A stretch of 64,000 nt of DNA from Ophelia neglecta (taxonomy: Eukaryota): assembly GCA_965285935.1 (NCBI GenBank), contig OZ260664.1, forward strand, positions 88,350,001-88,414,000, in the 5' to 3' direction. The notes under the pieces are model-generated. The model saw nothing but the letters and a program-made list of their open reading frames with translations. It did no database searches and was not told the DNA's origin. Within the stretch, counting starts at the first letter, position 1; every line of letters starts with the position of its first letter. The translations under genes and the position numbers were made by a program. Below, in pieces: positions 1 to 13,069 of the stretch.

Positions 1-1414
1 ATATTTTCTGAAAGGACAGAACCACAGCAATGCTATAAGACAAACTCCATTGCAATAGAGGCTGATATGGTTTTAGGGCACTCTCTTACAGAACAGTAGG
101 TAAAATAAAGAACTGATTATAGCCGTCCTTGGCACTTTACCTACATCAAAAGTAGGGCTGATTTTAGAGGCCCTTGGCAATCAAAATGTTAGGAAGGCCA
201 TGTATTTGGTTTAATTAGAAGAGGTGCCAAAAGGGTTTAAATCTCTTGTTCAAACTCTGTTGCCATGAGTGCCACTCACAGGTCAAATACCACACAAAAA
301 CCAATATATTAATGCTTGGTTTTGGAGTGTATACTCCACAATGTTATACTACTTGACAGCGTTAGTAGTATCTCGAGCACAGTGTCCCAAACCCCAGCTG
401 TGCTTATGATTGTTACGGGTTACAATAAAACATTCAAGCTACCAAAAACAATTTTTGCTCTTGTAACAAACATGGACAGAATCTATAGAGCGGACCTAGG
501 CGGATCATAGGATTCCATGACTGATAAGACCTACTGGTAAATGCTTTACATGAAAAAGAAAGAAAAAATGCCACTTAATCAATGAGACAAAACTATGATT
601 TATTAAGAGAGGTGTGCCTACTTGATACTACTTAATCTGCACAACTATAAAGTAGTATTTCAGAATTTCTGCTTATGTACTATGTGGAGTCTTCATGATA
701 TTACAGAAGAGACTCGAAAAGCAAGTGCCCCCTATGAAATGGTAGCGCTGCTGTATGGAGATGCAGGCATTTTGCGCTGTGCTGATTGGCTTCAATATGA
801 TCCTTAGAATTGCCGCCTAGTAATGCAGTGTGGAAGTGCTATTTTTCACACATGGCCAGATTGACTTTTGATACATTTTATGGTCATATACCGTTATCCG
901 AAATAGTCAAGTAGTACCAGGATAGTGTACCACAATGTTGCTGAAATTTAGCAAGGACAAAGTAAAGTAGTACAGATAATACTAGTTCTGATCCAAATAC
1001 AAATCTTCAATGGTTATGCCAGTTAACTACTTATGATTCATCTTCCATCATCCTGGAAATAATGAGGGTTGGAATCTTGCTAGGTAGTGACAGCGATGTG
1101 TTATCAGATTTCTGAAACAATTAATCATCACAAAGCCTGCGGCAGTACAACACAATTCTCATCACTGAGCTATCCGCAGGACACCGCTCGTCCAGGAGAA
1201 AGTGGACATTGGTCCTATAAAGAAACAGGCTGTAAACCATGTCATGTTCGTCAGCTGAAACCCTTCGCAAAATTCACGAAATACTCGCACCAATGTCATG
1301 TGGAAATATGGTGAAGTATGGTTCAAAAAATTTTCTTGCATGTGGAAATATAAGATAAAAGGGAAGTGTCAAGTTTGGTAGGGATTAGGCTGTGGTTAGC
1401 GGCAGCTTGGACGC

Positions 1415-2463
1415 AGCTTGGCGGTGGCTTGGCCGAGGTGTGCTAGCTTTCTGGCCGTGGCCTAGCTGAAGTTTGGGGCGTTCTAGCAGCGGCTTGGCTG
1501 AGGTTGGTGGCATCCTGGCAGTGGTGTAGCTGAGGGTTGGTGGCATTCTGGAAGTGGCCTGGTTGAAGTTTTGGTGGAGTTCTGGCGGTAGCCTAGCTGG
1601 GGTTCGTTGGCATTCTTGCAGTGGCCTAGCTGAGGTGTGCTAGCATTCTGGCTGTAGCCTAGCTGAGGTTTGCTGGTGTTCTGGGGGTGGCCTAGCTGAG
1701 GTTGTTGGGGTTCTGGCGCTGGCCTAGCTGAGGTTTGGTGGCGTTCTGGCGCTGGCCTAGCTGAGGTTTGCTGGGGTTCTGGCAGTGGCCTAGCTGAGGT
1801 TGTTGGGGTTCTGGCAGTGGCCTAGCTGAGGTTTGCTGGTGTTCTGGCAGTAGCTTAGCTGAGGTTTGGTGGTGTTGTGCTGGTGACTTGGCTGAGGTTT
1901 GGTGGGGTTCTGGCAGTGACTTGGCTGAGGTTTGGTGGGGTTCTGGCAGTGACTTGGCTGAGGTTTGGTGGGGTTCTGGCAGTGACTTGGCTGAGGTTTG
2001 GTTGGGTTCTGGCAGTGACTTGGCTGAGGTTTGGTGGGGTTCTGGCAGTGACTTGGCTGAGGTTTGGTGGGGTTCTGGCAGTGACTTGGCTGAGGTTTGG
2101 TGGGGTTCTGGCAGTGACTTGGCTGAGGTTTGGTGGGGTTCTGGCAGTGACTTGGCTGAGGTTTGGTGGGGTTCTGGCAGTGACTTGGCTGAGGTTTGGT
2201 GGGGTTCTGGCAGTGACTTGGCTGAGGTTTGGTGGGGTTCTGGCAGTGACTTGGCTGAGGTTTGGTGGGGTTCTGGCAGTGACTTGGCTGAGGTTTGGTG
2301 GGGTTCTGGCAGTGACTTGGCTGAGGTTTGGTGGGGTTCTGGCAGTGACTTGGCTGAGGTTTGGTGGGGTTCTGGCAGTGACTTGGCTGAGGTTTGGTGG
2401 GGTTCTGGCAGTGACTTGGCTGAGGTTTGGTGGGGTTCTGGCAGTGACTTGGCTGAGGTTTGG
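1415..2463. repeat. 33-bp minisatellite (GGCTGAGGTTTGGTGGGGTTCTGGCAGTGACTT), ~31 units
   Basis: About 17 near-identical units at ~1883-2463, preceded by ~14 progressively degenerate units. Explains the 11-aa-periodic ORFs at 1692-2577. Confidence 0.97.
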
Positions 2464-4724
2464 AGCCAGAGCTGGTCCACACAGTGCAATAGTCTGAGAG
2501 TCAGTCTGATAACAACTCAGGTGATTACCATACTGTGGTGTGGGGGAGTGTTCAGTTTAAAATGTCAAGGATTCTAGCCCACTAGCAGTCCCAAATATCT
2601 GACCTTACCCCAGTCAGAACCATGTTAACATTGGCAATCCTCTCAGGCAGTAATACACAAGTCATAAAACTGATTTTATATTAGCCAAGGCAGACATTCT
2701 AGCACACTGAGATTGTGAGAAATCAAGCAACTAGTTTGCTCTGCAGCACATTACCCTGGCGGGGAGATCAGGTCTATCCCCAGGCCTGATTAGATCAGCC
2801 AGTATTATACAATCACACTTAACCAGGGAACAATATGGAAACAGAAAAGTAGGGCTAGTGCAGTCAGTGACTTTACACTAGCACTAGCCCGATGCCCTTA
2901 GACTAGTAGTTTCATTTGGGCCAAATTGCAGCATTTCAATTTTAACAAGACCTTTTATGTATCAATGACCTATGGCTCCAAGCCAGGGAAGCTGTGAACC
3001 CGTTACGGCCACTGGCCACAACGCGTCACAATCATTCCCCCCAACGCTTAGTTACTAATCAATTAAAAATCAAATATGGCATGCATGTTTGTCTTTTTTG
3101 ATGAGTTTTTCCTGGCCAGTAAAGAAACCTGCCACACCGGCCGTGCTGACCGCAATGGCTCCATCACTGGTCCACTGCAGTGCAACCAGTGTGAGCGGTA
3201 ACTAAGGTGTTGTCAAGGTGCCTCATGGTCATTTGATGGTGATTTGCGTCACAGCTTTAGAGCCGTCCGCCCCATACCCAGCACATGTCAGCACCTGGCT
3301 CCTAAGATCAATCCTTACAGCCAAATTACATTGCAACTGGCATCAATCCTAACAAGATTTTATGGTGTCTATTTCCGACACACGCCTTCCGTAGATAGAT
3401 TTTTAATTACTTTCCAACTGGCACTAAAATTAGTTAATATGGACATGAAATTAATATCAGGTCAGCTCATGACTGCTGCTATGGATGAGCCGGGTCCCCT
3501 GGGGGAAGTGTGTGTGTGTGGGGGGGGGGGGGGACCGGGGACTTATCTTCAAAATGGGTACATATAATGTTACCTGTCATAATTAAAATAAAGACCCGGA
3601 CTCTTCATTGAGGCCCAAATTTAAGGGGTCAACACTCTTCATTGTAACTAATGGTGGCATCAAGACCCTATATTGAGATTAACAAAAAGGGTAAAAACTC
3701 TACATTGAAGCTAATAATGGGGGTTCATACTCTGGCCCACCCAAAAGATGGAGGAAAGGATGGTCAAAGTGCTACACTATCTTAATGGGGGTCAATAACA
3801 CATCAGGTATTATTCCCCAAAGTAGGGGTCAAAACTTTACATCATATTGTGAAAAAAAAGAGGGATCAATACCACAGCATATATTATGTACTACTTAAGG
3901 TATGGGGAGTGACCCCTCTCAGTGGGGAGGGAGGGGGGGGGGAGAGATATATCTTTTTAATACTTAGAAGAGAACCAAACCTGTCACTTCTTGATCACTT
4001 TTTGTGCATGTTCTAAAACCTGTAGCATATTGAAATAGTGACTAACAAGCAGTCCATACAACTACATGAATCACTGTATAAACCCCAAGTGAATCTCAGA
4101 AATGCCAATTTCTCCACATTTAAATATTTGGGTGGCCCTCATTCGACAGGTTATTGTGTTTTTTTCGCTGTCCTTGGTGAACTACAATAGAAATAAACAT
4201 CACCAGGAATGTTCATTACAGGAATTTTATTTCATCAGTATATTATCATTGGCTGTAAAGAGAATTGGAGCAGTCGGGCTTACGTCACCACCGCTGATTT
4301 GTGACTACTTCACTAGGTGAAAACACCACAGGCTCAGCACTAGTTACATGCTAAATTCGGCATTTTCAGCGCTCTATTGTCAGTTAACTATCTGATATAA
4401 AGAGGGAATGTTATGGGATTCTGATCCTATATGATAAAACGAACACGACAGATGAAAACCTTAATGATTTTGGTTGAGTTTAAAGCTCACAGGGCAATTC
4501 TTATTTGACTCTTTTAACATAGAAAATATAGCAACTTGACGGCAACTTCACCGAGCGCTGGACAACGGAGTGACGGCCACGCGTGTTTGTGATTGGCTGA
4601 GCACCATTCCGAGAATGATGCAGGGAGTCTGTCGGGCGGTGTTCAGTGTTACTCTGGAAATGACTAACTTGGTCTCAGGGAGTTTTCCATACTCTATTTG
4701 CTGGCTCAGAATATTAGCAGTATA

Positions 4725-4902
4725 CAGTGGTCCCTGTGATGTAGGGCCCCTCTAATGAAGGGCCACCTGCGACGGCAGGACAGTTTTTGAATTCCCATGT
4801 CCTATCTTTTCCATGTTAAAGTACCTCCGATGAAGGGCCACCTGCAATGTAGGGCCACTGTTCCTTGGATATAGGGGTGGCATTACATCGCAGGGACCAC
4901 TG
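4725..4902 (+). mobile_element. 178-bp MITE, family A copy 1 (Tc1/mariner/pogo-type)
   Basis: TIRs CAGTGGTCCCTGTGATGTA...TACATCGCAGGGACCACTG, TA on both sides, internal repeated AGGGCCACCTGC motif; homologous copies at 5412-5585 and 26332-26515. Confidence 0.9.
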
Positions 4903-5411
4903 TATAACTCTGGAAAGGACTCACTTGGTCTCAGGGAGTTTTTCCTGCTCTATTTTCTGGCCTAAGTATACTTGTAGTATACAATAACCATGGAGGGAGA
5001 AGCTTGCCAAGGTGCTATTATGTTGTTGTTATTTTGGTCTAGGCAGGTCAGGGCATTCCGAGTTACTATCGCTGGTATAAAGTAACATTACACAGTCTTC
5101 TTAACACCCCCACGGAGAAATGACTAGTCAACAACCTAGTCAACAACAAATAACACAGCTACACAATGTACGGGAGGCATTAATCACCACCTGATGAATA
5201 CCACATACAACTATAACATCACACACCAACTTAGAGCAAGTCTGGAACATATTCCAGCAATGTTTGGGTTCAACATTTCTTGATTATAACTAATCACATT
5301 AATATCAAATAAGGAGCTGTGAAATGTATGACCCTTTCAAAGGAATTGGTTTGTTAATAACTAACATTGTTGGCAGGTGATCCACTCAATACACTGCTCA
5401 GCACCATTTTA

Positions 5412-5585
5412 CATCCCTGCGATGTAGGGCCACCCCTAAATCCAAGGAAAAGTGGCCCTACATTGCAGGTGGCCCTTCATCAGAGATACTTTATCATGGA
5501 AAAGATAGGACATGGGAATTAAAAAACCGTCCTGCCATCGCAGGTGGCCTTTTTTTGGAGGGGCCCTACATCGCAGGGACCACTT
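5412..5585 (-). mobile_element. MITE family A copy 2 (inverted relative to copy 1)
   Basis: Reverse complement of the 4725-4902 interior; TA flanks; 4-bp deletion in the left TIR (CA----TCCCTGCGATGTAGGGCC). Confidence 0.85.
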
Positions 5586-6585
5586 TACTTGTTAAATACA
5601 CCAGTACACTAGGTATACCATAGTCATTGTTATAAGCACCCACATCTTAATAAATGCCCACCATCTTTACATTTTCACCTTTTTTGCAAGGTTTTTTTTT
5701 TGCATTCTTGGGCCACATAATTATCAAGGCGCCCAGCAGCCCAGCCATGATCTAAAAGCTAATAGGAGTTACATATCAAATAAAGGCCGCCTTGTTAATT
5801 TTATAATAAGGTAGGGCCATGGCTTATTAAGGATTTTTATAATTGAAGTCTTCATAAGAGAACTTTGTTATTCCAATACAAATGGAATTGCCAAGTTGGA
5901 CACAAAATCGCATTATCTGAAAAATGAATAACTCTTAGATCAAATAGGGTATGTCTGTGTCAACTTTGAAAGGGAAGGTCAAGGTCAAAATAAATGCTGA
6001 CATTTAACTGACAAACTAATTTTGACTTTAGCATTCTCTGTCATGTTGTTTTTCAAGGCAGATGTAGGGCAAAATTAATACCTATGGTGAAATGATAATA
6101 AAACCTACCTTAATACTTAGTCTATCTGACAGTTTTGGACTTAAAAGAGAAGTTAATTCTACCCACACATCATTACAAAGATCAGTACTACAAATCAATT
6201 AGAATTTTATGAAGACAACTGTGAGGTCTTTCCACAGGGGGTCAAAACTACTAATACGAAAGCCGATAGCCGAGATTTTAAACAGATCAGCTGCTATTCC
6301 AGGAACAATCTCCGACTGACACAGACAGCGACTAGACACTAAGGGTCTGGCTGCTTGGCACGAGAGGACGGGGTGGTATTAAACAGATTGGTCATTATTT
6401 ACAGACCCCAATGAAAGTCAAGTTGACCTGAGAATATCCAGTTTAAGGTTTTCTGTCGACAGACGGCAGATGATTGGAGGTAACCAATCACAGTCAGAGG
6501 AAATGAGTAGGAGACTTACTGAGTAGACTTACACCTGTCTGCACCATATAAGGCTGATGGCTCAAGTCCAGATGTACATCATGGG

Positions 6586-6860
6586 TATAGGGAGAGTAGG
6601 GGGAGGGGGGGTGGAAGGAGGGGGGAGGGGAGGGGGCGTGGGGGGAGGGTGGAAGGAGGGGGGAGGGGAGGGGGAGTGGGGGGAGGGGAAAGAATTGGGT
6701 AGCGGATTTGCTGTAGACATAGATAATATGTCAGCACGATGTATGTCTGAGGGATGAAAACCAGATACATACTATGGGGTGGGGGTGAGTTGGGAGGGAA
6801 TGGAGGGGGGGGGGGGAGGAGGGGGGCATACATAGGGAGAGAGGTTAGGAGAAGAGGGGC
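6586..6860 (+). repeat. G-rich low-complexity tracts (G-quadruplex-prone)
   Basis: Dense G3-G11 runs at 6586-6690 and 6775-6860. Confidence 0.75.
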
Positions 6861-7495
6861 GATATCAGTATGGGATGTGGTTAGCTGAAATAGTCAGGGA
6901 AGACTCACCGACCATACCCATAATGGCAAATAAACACCTGACAGCCTAGTCTGGGACAAGTCAAACCTGCTCACCCCTTCAGGAAACTGATAGGAAAACT
7001 ACATACTGCCAGATTATTACAAACAGGATGTGGTAACTTGATAATTAACCAAGACAGGTGTACTCAAGTTAGTGCAAAAGGAGTGGCCAAGCAGCTCACA
7101 AACTTCCGTTAACAACTAGCGGTAAGAGGAGCTGAACATAGTATGTTCTATGACATAAGAGCTTCTAGACTGACATGCTGTGTATGGCTGGAGCAGACTT
7201 GGCCTTGGTGGCAAGTCGACACATCTTCACATCTACTGTACTTGTCATTTAAACGCCTGGCAAGTCTATCAACTGATCACGGTAGCCTTCAGGACTTGGG
7301 AGTTCTCACATTAAAATGGAGGCCACAGCTTCTGATTTAATGTTTTACATATCTTCTTGTAATCTTCAGTATCAATCAGAATTCACTCTTTCCGGTATCT
7401 CCTTATTAACTTGTACAGCAGGGGGCATTTCTCATTTAGCTCACCACAGAATTTGACGGCCTTCACACAAAAAAACACACAAAGTGGTTTCCATT

Positions 7496-8040
7496 GATTT
7501 TAGAGCAAGTGACTCAACTTGAGTTCTTGTGTATTTCTAAGATTTTGGGGCAAGTGACTCAATTTGAGTTTTGGTGTATTTCTGTGATATTAGGGCAAGT
7601 GACTCAATTTGAGTTCCTGTGCATTTCCATTGATTTTAGGGCAAGTGACTCAATTTGAATTCCTGTGTATTTCTGTGATTTTAGGGCAAGTGACTCAATT
7701 TGAGTTCTAGTGCATTTCCATTGATTTAGGGCAAGTGACTCAATTTGAGTTCTGGTTAATTTCTATGATTTTAGGGCAAGTGACTCAATTTGAGTTCCTG
7801 TGTATTTCTATGATTTTAGGGCAAGTGACTCAACTTGAGTTCCTGTGTCTTTCTATGATTTTAAGGCAAGTGACTCAATTTGAGTTCTGGTGTATTTCTA
7901 TGATTTTAGAACAAGAGACTCAATTTGAGTTATGGTGTATTTCTATGATTTTAGGTCGAGTGACTCAATTTGAGTTCTGGTGTATTTCCATTGATTTTAG
8001 GGCAAGTGACTCAAGTTGAGTTCTGGTGTATTTCTATGAT
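7496..8040. repeat. 45-bp minisatellite (GCAAGTGACTCAATTTGAGTTCTGGTGTATTTCTATGATTTTAGG), ~12 units
   Basis: Direct reading; 15-aa periodicity of ORF 7735-8019. Confidence 0.95.
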
Positions 8041-8196
8041 TGTGCCATCACTTTCAGCAACTACACTCCCATATATACCTCAGTACCTTTGTAAGTATGT
8101 AAACTAATACACCATTAGTCACCATTAGTCAGTATTGGTTGATGGACCATTAGTTAACTTACTCAAACCAGCTAACATACTCTGACTAACAAACTA

Positions 8197-8374
8197 CAGT
8201 GAAACCTGGTCCAAAAGGCACCTGGAAATAAGGGACACCTGATAATTAGGGACAACTACATTAGGATGCAACATATCGTTTTATATGTAAAATAACCTTG
8301 ACATTAGGGGCACCTTAGAAAACAGGGCACTTTAACATAGTCCCTTGCCTGTCCCTAATTTCCAGGTTTCACTA
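8197..8374. mobile_element. 178-bp MITE, family B (Tc1/mariner/pogo-type)
   Basis: TA|CAGTGAAACCTGG...CCAGGTTTCACTA|TA, with repeated internal AGGG(A/G)CAC motifs. Confidence 0.8.
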
Positions 8375-8566
8375 TACCTGGTTTTGGTTCACATACACTT
8401 TGATTAAATGACTACATAACCAGCCATTCCTGCCTAACCTTTCAAACCCTCAATAAAACCCTGGCACTGCAGGGGTCCAAACTAATGTTGGCACACCTAC
8501 ACCTGTAAACAAGGTGAATGTCACTGAACGAGAACCTCTCTGGCATGGCATTGCATCCTCAGCCAG

Positions 8567-8736
8567 CAGTGGCGGATCCAGGATTTCAGGAAGGGAGGGG
8601 GCCCAATTTTTCCAAATTTGACAAGGCCAATGTCAGGATTGTCCCCGTTACCAACCCTCTGAAACCACCCTGCGTAGGTCCGGAAATAGTCCCTGGTCTG
8701 GGCCCCCTGGGTCCCCCCCCCCTAAATCTACCACTG
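8567..8736. mobile_element. Degenerate non-autonomous DNA element with CAGTGGCGGATCCAGG-type ends (hAT-like MITE)
   Basis: Imperfect TIRs CAGTGGCGGATCCAGG...CCTAAATCTACCACTG; GCCAG direct repeat on both flanks. Confidence 0.6.
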
Positions 8737-9851
8737 GCCAGTCTTACACTGACAATGTACTGAGGGTTTCCAGAGGCCTTCCAGATAAATACGACCAGGC
8801 ACCTGGTGACATTAATACCTGGTCCAGGTAACAACTAACCAGCTGCTGTCCTGAGGATAGATACCAGCCAATATCCGACACCCCGTTCTCCATTAATACA
8901 AACTAGGTTAAAAGCTGGTATGGGCCCAAAGTCGGATATCTCAAGTTCCTTAAACAGGCAGTGGTAACAATGACACTCACAACACATTCTGTGACACACA
9001 CAGGTACCCCGTGAGGACTGAAGGTCAGCTTTTATCCAATAGCTGGGTTGGACTTTCCTATTCCAAGTCAGGAATGACCTTTGTTTATAATAATAAAGAA
9101 CAATTTCTGAGATAACAGATGGCACCAGATATCAAGGGGTATTATTCAATGAAAAGTGATTGACAAAGGTTACCACAATAGGATGACAATGCTTCCGTTG
9201 CTGTCTGACATCCACACGGATTTTAACCTGAAGTGATGCAGAGAACCAGAGCTCAATACATGTAGCGTATTTAGCGGTACATTCATTACACCTATTTACT
9301 ATACTACTTTACATGTATAATACCTATTTATTGTCTCACTAACTTTTAACAACCTCTAATGATTTTCAGTCAGAACAAAGATCTCTAATCCATACACCTA
9401 GAAAGTTTGACCCCAATGAAGCTCCATAACATATTATTGGTACCATAACTACATGTTATTATAAATCTAATGAATTCTGATAGTTATATATTAACTATAG
9501 CCAACTAAAAGACACTTCATGGCCCACATGGTGCTATGTGTCGTTAAACCACAAAAAAACACAATTCCATTCAGCAGGACAGCTTCTACAGGGGTCCTTT
9601 ACAGTTACCCAAAAATTGAAATAGACAACTTTCTTCCCAGGGGTGACATAATATAATAAGACTACCAAGGCACAAAGGGCAGGATCTCAGTGATGAACCT
9701 GTTGCTTCCAGTTACAATAAAAACAATTGTATTGTATTTATCAACAATATTATTGAAAGAAGTAATACTCCAAGTCCTAGATCCCATGGTCTATAAGAGG
9801 GGAGCTTATTTTCACTGACTGTAAAAGAAATAAAGAAATGATAAGTTAAGT

Positions 9852-10933
9852 AACCCTAGTAACTAGATCATGGCTTGTCCCAGTGTCCTTGGACATCCAT
9901 AGTAACTAGATCATGGAGTTGTCCCAGTGTCCTTGGACAACCCTAGTAACTAGATCATGGCTTGTCCCAGTGTCCTTGGACAACCATAGTGACTAGATCA
10001 TGGAGTTGTCCCAGTGCCCTTGGACAACCATAGTGACTAGATCATGGAGTTGTCCCAGTGTCCTTGGACAACCCAGTGACTAGATCATGGAGTTGTCCCA
10101 GTGTCCTTGGACAACCCTAGTAACTAGATCATGGCTTGTCCCAGTGCCCTTGGACAACCATAGTGACTAGATCATGGAGTTGTCCCAGTGTCCTTGGACA
10201 ACCATAGTGACTAGATCATGGCTTGTCCCAGTGTCCTTTGACACCCATAGTGACTGGATCATGGCTTGTCCCAGTGTCCTTGGACACCCATGGTGACTAG
10301 ATCATGGCTTGTCCCAGTGTCATTGGACACCCATGGTGACTAGATCATGGCTTGTCTCAGTGTCCTTGGACACCCATGGTGACTAGATCATGGCTTGTCC
10401 CAGTGCCCTTGGACACCCATGGTGACTAGTTCATGGCTTGTCCCAGTGTCCTTGGACACCCACAGTGACTAGATCATGGTGTTGTCCAAGTGCCCTTGGA
10501 CACCCATAGTGACTAGATCATGGCTTGTCCCAGTGTCCTTGGACACCCATGGTGACTACCGGTAGATCATGGCTTGTCCCAGTGCCCTTGGACACCCATG
10601 GTGACTAGATCATGGCTTGTCCCAGTGTCCTTGGACGACCATAGTGACTAGATCACGGCTTGTCCAGTGTCCTTGGACACCCATAGTGACTAGATCATGG
10701 CTTGTCCCAGTGCCCTTGGACACCCATGGTGACTAGATCATGGCTTGTCCCAGTGTCCTTGGACAACCCAGTGACTAGATCATGGCTTGTCCCAGTGCCC
10801 TTGGACACCCATGGTGACTAGATCATGGCTTGTCCCAGTGCCCTTGGACACCCATAGTGACTAGAACATGGCTTGTCCCAGTGTCCTTGGAGTACCATAG
10901 TGACTAGATCATGGTGTTGCCCGGTGCCCTTGG
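9852..10933. repeat. 43/44-bp minisatellite (CCCATAGTGACTAGATCATGGCTTGTCCCAGTGTCCTTGGACA), ~25 units
   Basis: Direct reading. Confidence 0.96.
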
Positions 10934-11179
10934 CATGCCCTCACGTCTCCATACTAGGAATCTTTAATTGATAGTTTTACTTCTATTTAGGTGATTCCCA
11001 CAAGAACTCTCAAGTCTCTGTGGCCCACTCAAAGTTAATGACCCTCTAAACATGGTCGTAGAATGTGTGTGCTCTCACATTCAATCAGTTCTAGGGAGAT
11101 GGATCCCAGATATCAATATGTCAACTTTGTGCACTTAGACCAGCAGCACATATAGGCTTCTGGGCAATGGACAAATGGA

Positions 11180-11470
11180 CCTCAGGGCAACAGGCCTCAG
11201 GCCAGTGGGGCTCTGGGTACCAGGCCTGAGGCCAGTGGGGCTCTGGGTACCAGGCCTCAGGCCAGTGGGGGTTTGGGTATAAGGCCTCAGGCCAGTGGGG
11301 CTCTGGGTACCAGGCCTGAGGCCAGTGGGGCTCTGGGTACCAGGCCTGAGGCCAGTGGGGCTCTGGGTACCAGGCCTCAGGCCAGTGGGGCTCTGGGTAC
11401 CAGGCCTCAGGCCAGTGGGGCTCTGGGTACCAGGCCTCAGGGCAGTGGGGCTCTGGGCACCCAAGCCCCT
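11180..11470. repeat. 30-bp minisatellite (CAGGCCTCAGGCCAGTGGGGCTCTGGGTAC), ~9 units
   Basis: Direct reading; explains the ORFs at 11121-11540. Confidence 0.95.
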
Positions 11471-12205
11471 GGCCAATGGGCCACTGTACCATTGTAACTC
11501 ACTTTTTTGTTACCAGTACACTTCTTCAATCTGCCCATGAGAACTAATTTGGCTGCAAGGCCGAGCAGTCAGGAAGTCAGTTTGACCTCATGTCAGCAGA
11601 CTACATCCTACGTGCTAGCATGCCAGCAGGGTCCACTGCTCCAGTGTCTGGACTCTTTATTAGGATCGCATTCATTCCAATTCACTTTTTGTAAGCAGAC
11701 TCTTTGAATTGGTTTTTCAATGAGAGACCGCTGGGCTTAACACACCAGACCACTACTCCTGTGAGCTTTAAAAGCCAAGGCCCATGCTCTATGGTCATTT
11801 TTCTGATGGTCTGGACAGCCCAACAGCCTGTTATGACAGATGACCTCTTCTTCAGATGAAAAGTCAGTCAACCAAATCATTCCATGGTCAGGCACCAGTA
11901 GGCTCTGACGTAGTCCAATCCACTTAACCCTTTCAATACGGCAGACCTCTGGAGCTTCCACAATATCTCTTCTCAGTTACATATAATAAAACTACTACCA
12001 ATATTAATAACTTCTCCCTGACTAAAGAACTACATTAAAACCTTTAATAACATTAATAAGTCATCTCAAGGCCCTCGCCCAGGTCACTGCAGGTCAAGCT
12101 CTAGACAATGACTTTATTAAGGTTTTAACCTGTCGTCTGCTCACCATTGTACCATACTGAAACACACTGAAACAGCCTCAAACACAATAAAACACACTGT
12201 GCCCA

Positions 12206-12395
12206 GTTTAACATGGTTTAACATGGTTTAACATGGTTTAACATGGTTTAACATGGTTTAACATGGTTTAACATGGTTTAACATGGTTTAACATGTTTAG
12301 GAAAGTTTAGCAAGATTAAACAGGATTTAGCACTGGTTAACATGGTTTAACACAGTTTAAGGTGGTTTAACGCAGTTTAGCATGGTTTGTCATGG
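12206..12395. repeat. 10-bp tandem repeat (ACATGGTTTA)n with degenerate tail
   Basis: 8 perfect units at 12211-12290, then diverged units. Confidence 0.92.
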
Positions 12396-13069
12396 TGACC
12401 CGGGTGTTCCAGATCCCGTAGGTAGGAGGGCCTCCAGGCCACGTTCACACTAAAACACTGTGGTCAATACATGTAACTGGAGCATGACATAGAGAACTCG
12501 TCATATAAACATTCATGAGATCCATGTTTCCATTGACAAGGATAAAGTTTAAGATAAAGATGGCTAGGATTAAAACCAAATCCAGCTTCCAGAAACCTGG
12601 ATTAGCAAGTAAAAGTCAATTAGCAATTTGATCCTGATTAAATTCTGAATAAAGACTGTTTCCGGACGCCCCAGGGATGATGTAAAGACTACTGGATAAG
12701 GAAATAAATTAACTCCTAAAATCCTTAAAATCCTTTAAATCCAGTAAGATAGATGCTGTTCTTTGGCCTATTAAATACACAGACTTAAATCAGTCAAACG
12801 GGACCTTCACACTCTGTTTAGTTGTGTTTGTGTTTAGTTGTGTTTGTGCTCACAGTGGGGCCCATTTGTTCGGTTATATGCTCAGTGTGGGAGTAATATC
12901 GTAAACTTTTTGCACTGATATGTAAACAAGATGGCCCAGATTAGCGTGGGAGAGTTGGGAGAGTTAACGAGAGGTTAGGTGGTGATTTTTACCTGACTGC
13001 TCATGGACAGTACATATGGTAAGCTATGGTCTGTTCTGGACAGAGACTAATTGACTTATTACATAGAGA

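Noticed and set aside
1692-2577. Repeat ORFs in four frames (likewise 47737-48557 and 55846-57015)
   Set aside because: Minisatellite artefacts; no unique domain and no splice signals.
9700-9852. Strong minus-strand acceptor (TTTCTTTATTTCTTTTACAG ending at 9819)
   Set aside because: No convincing donor downstream and no recognisable reading frame; cannot be called an exon without RNA data.
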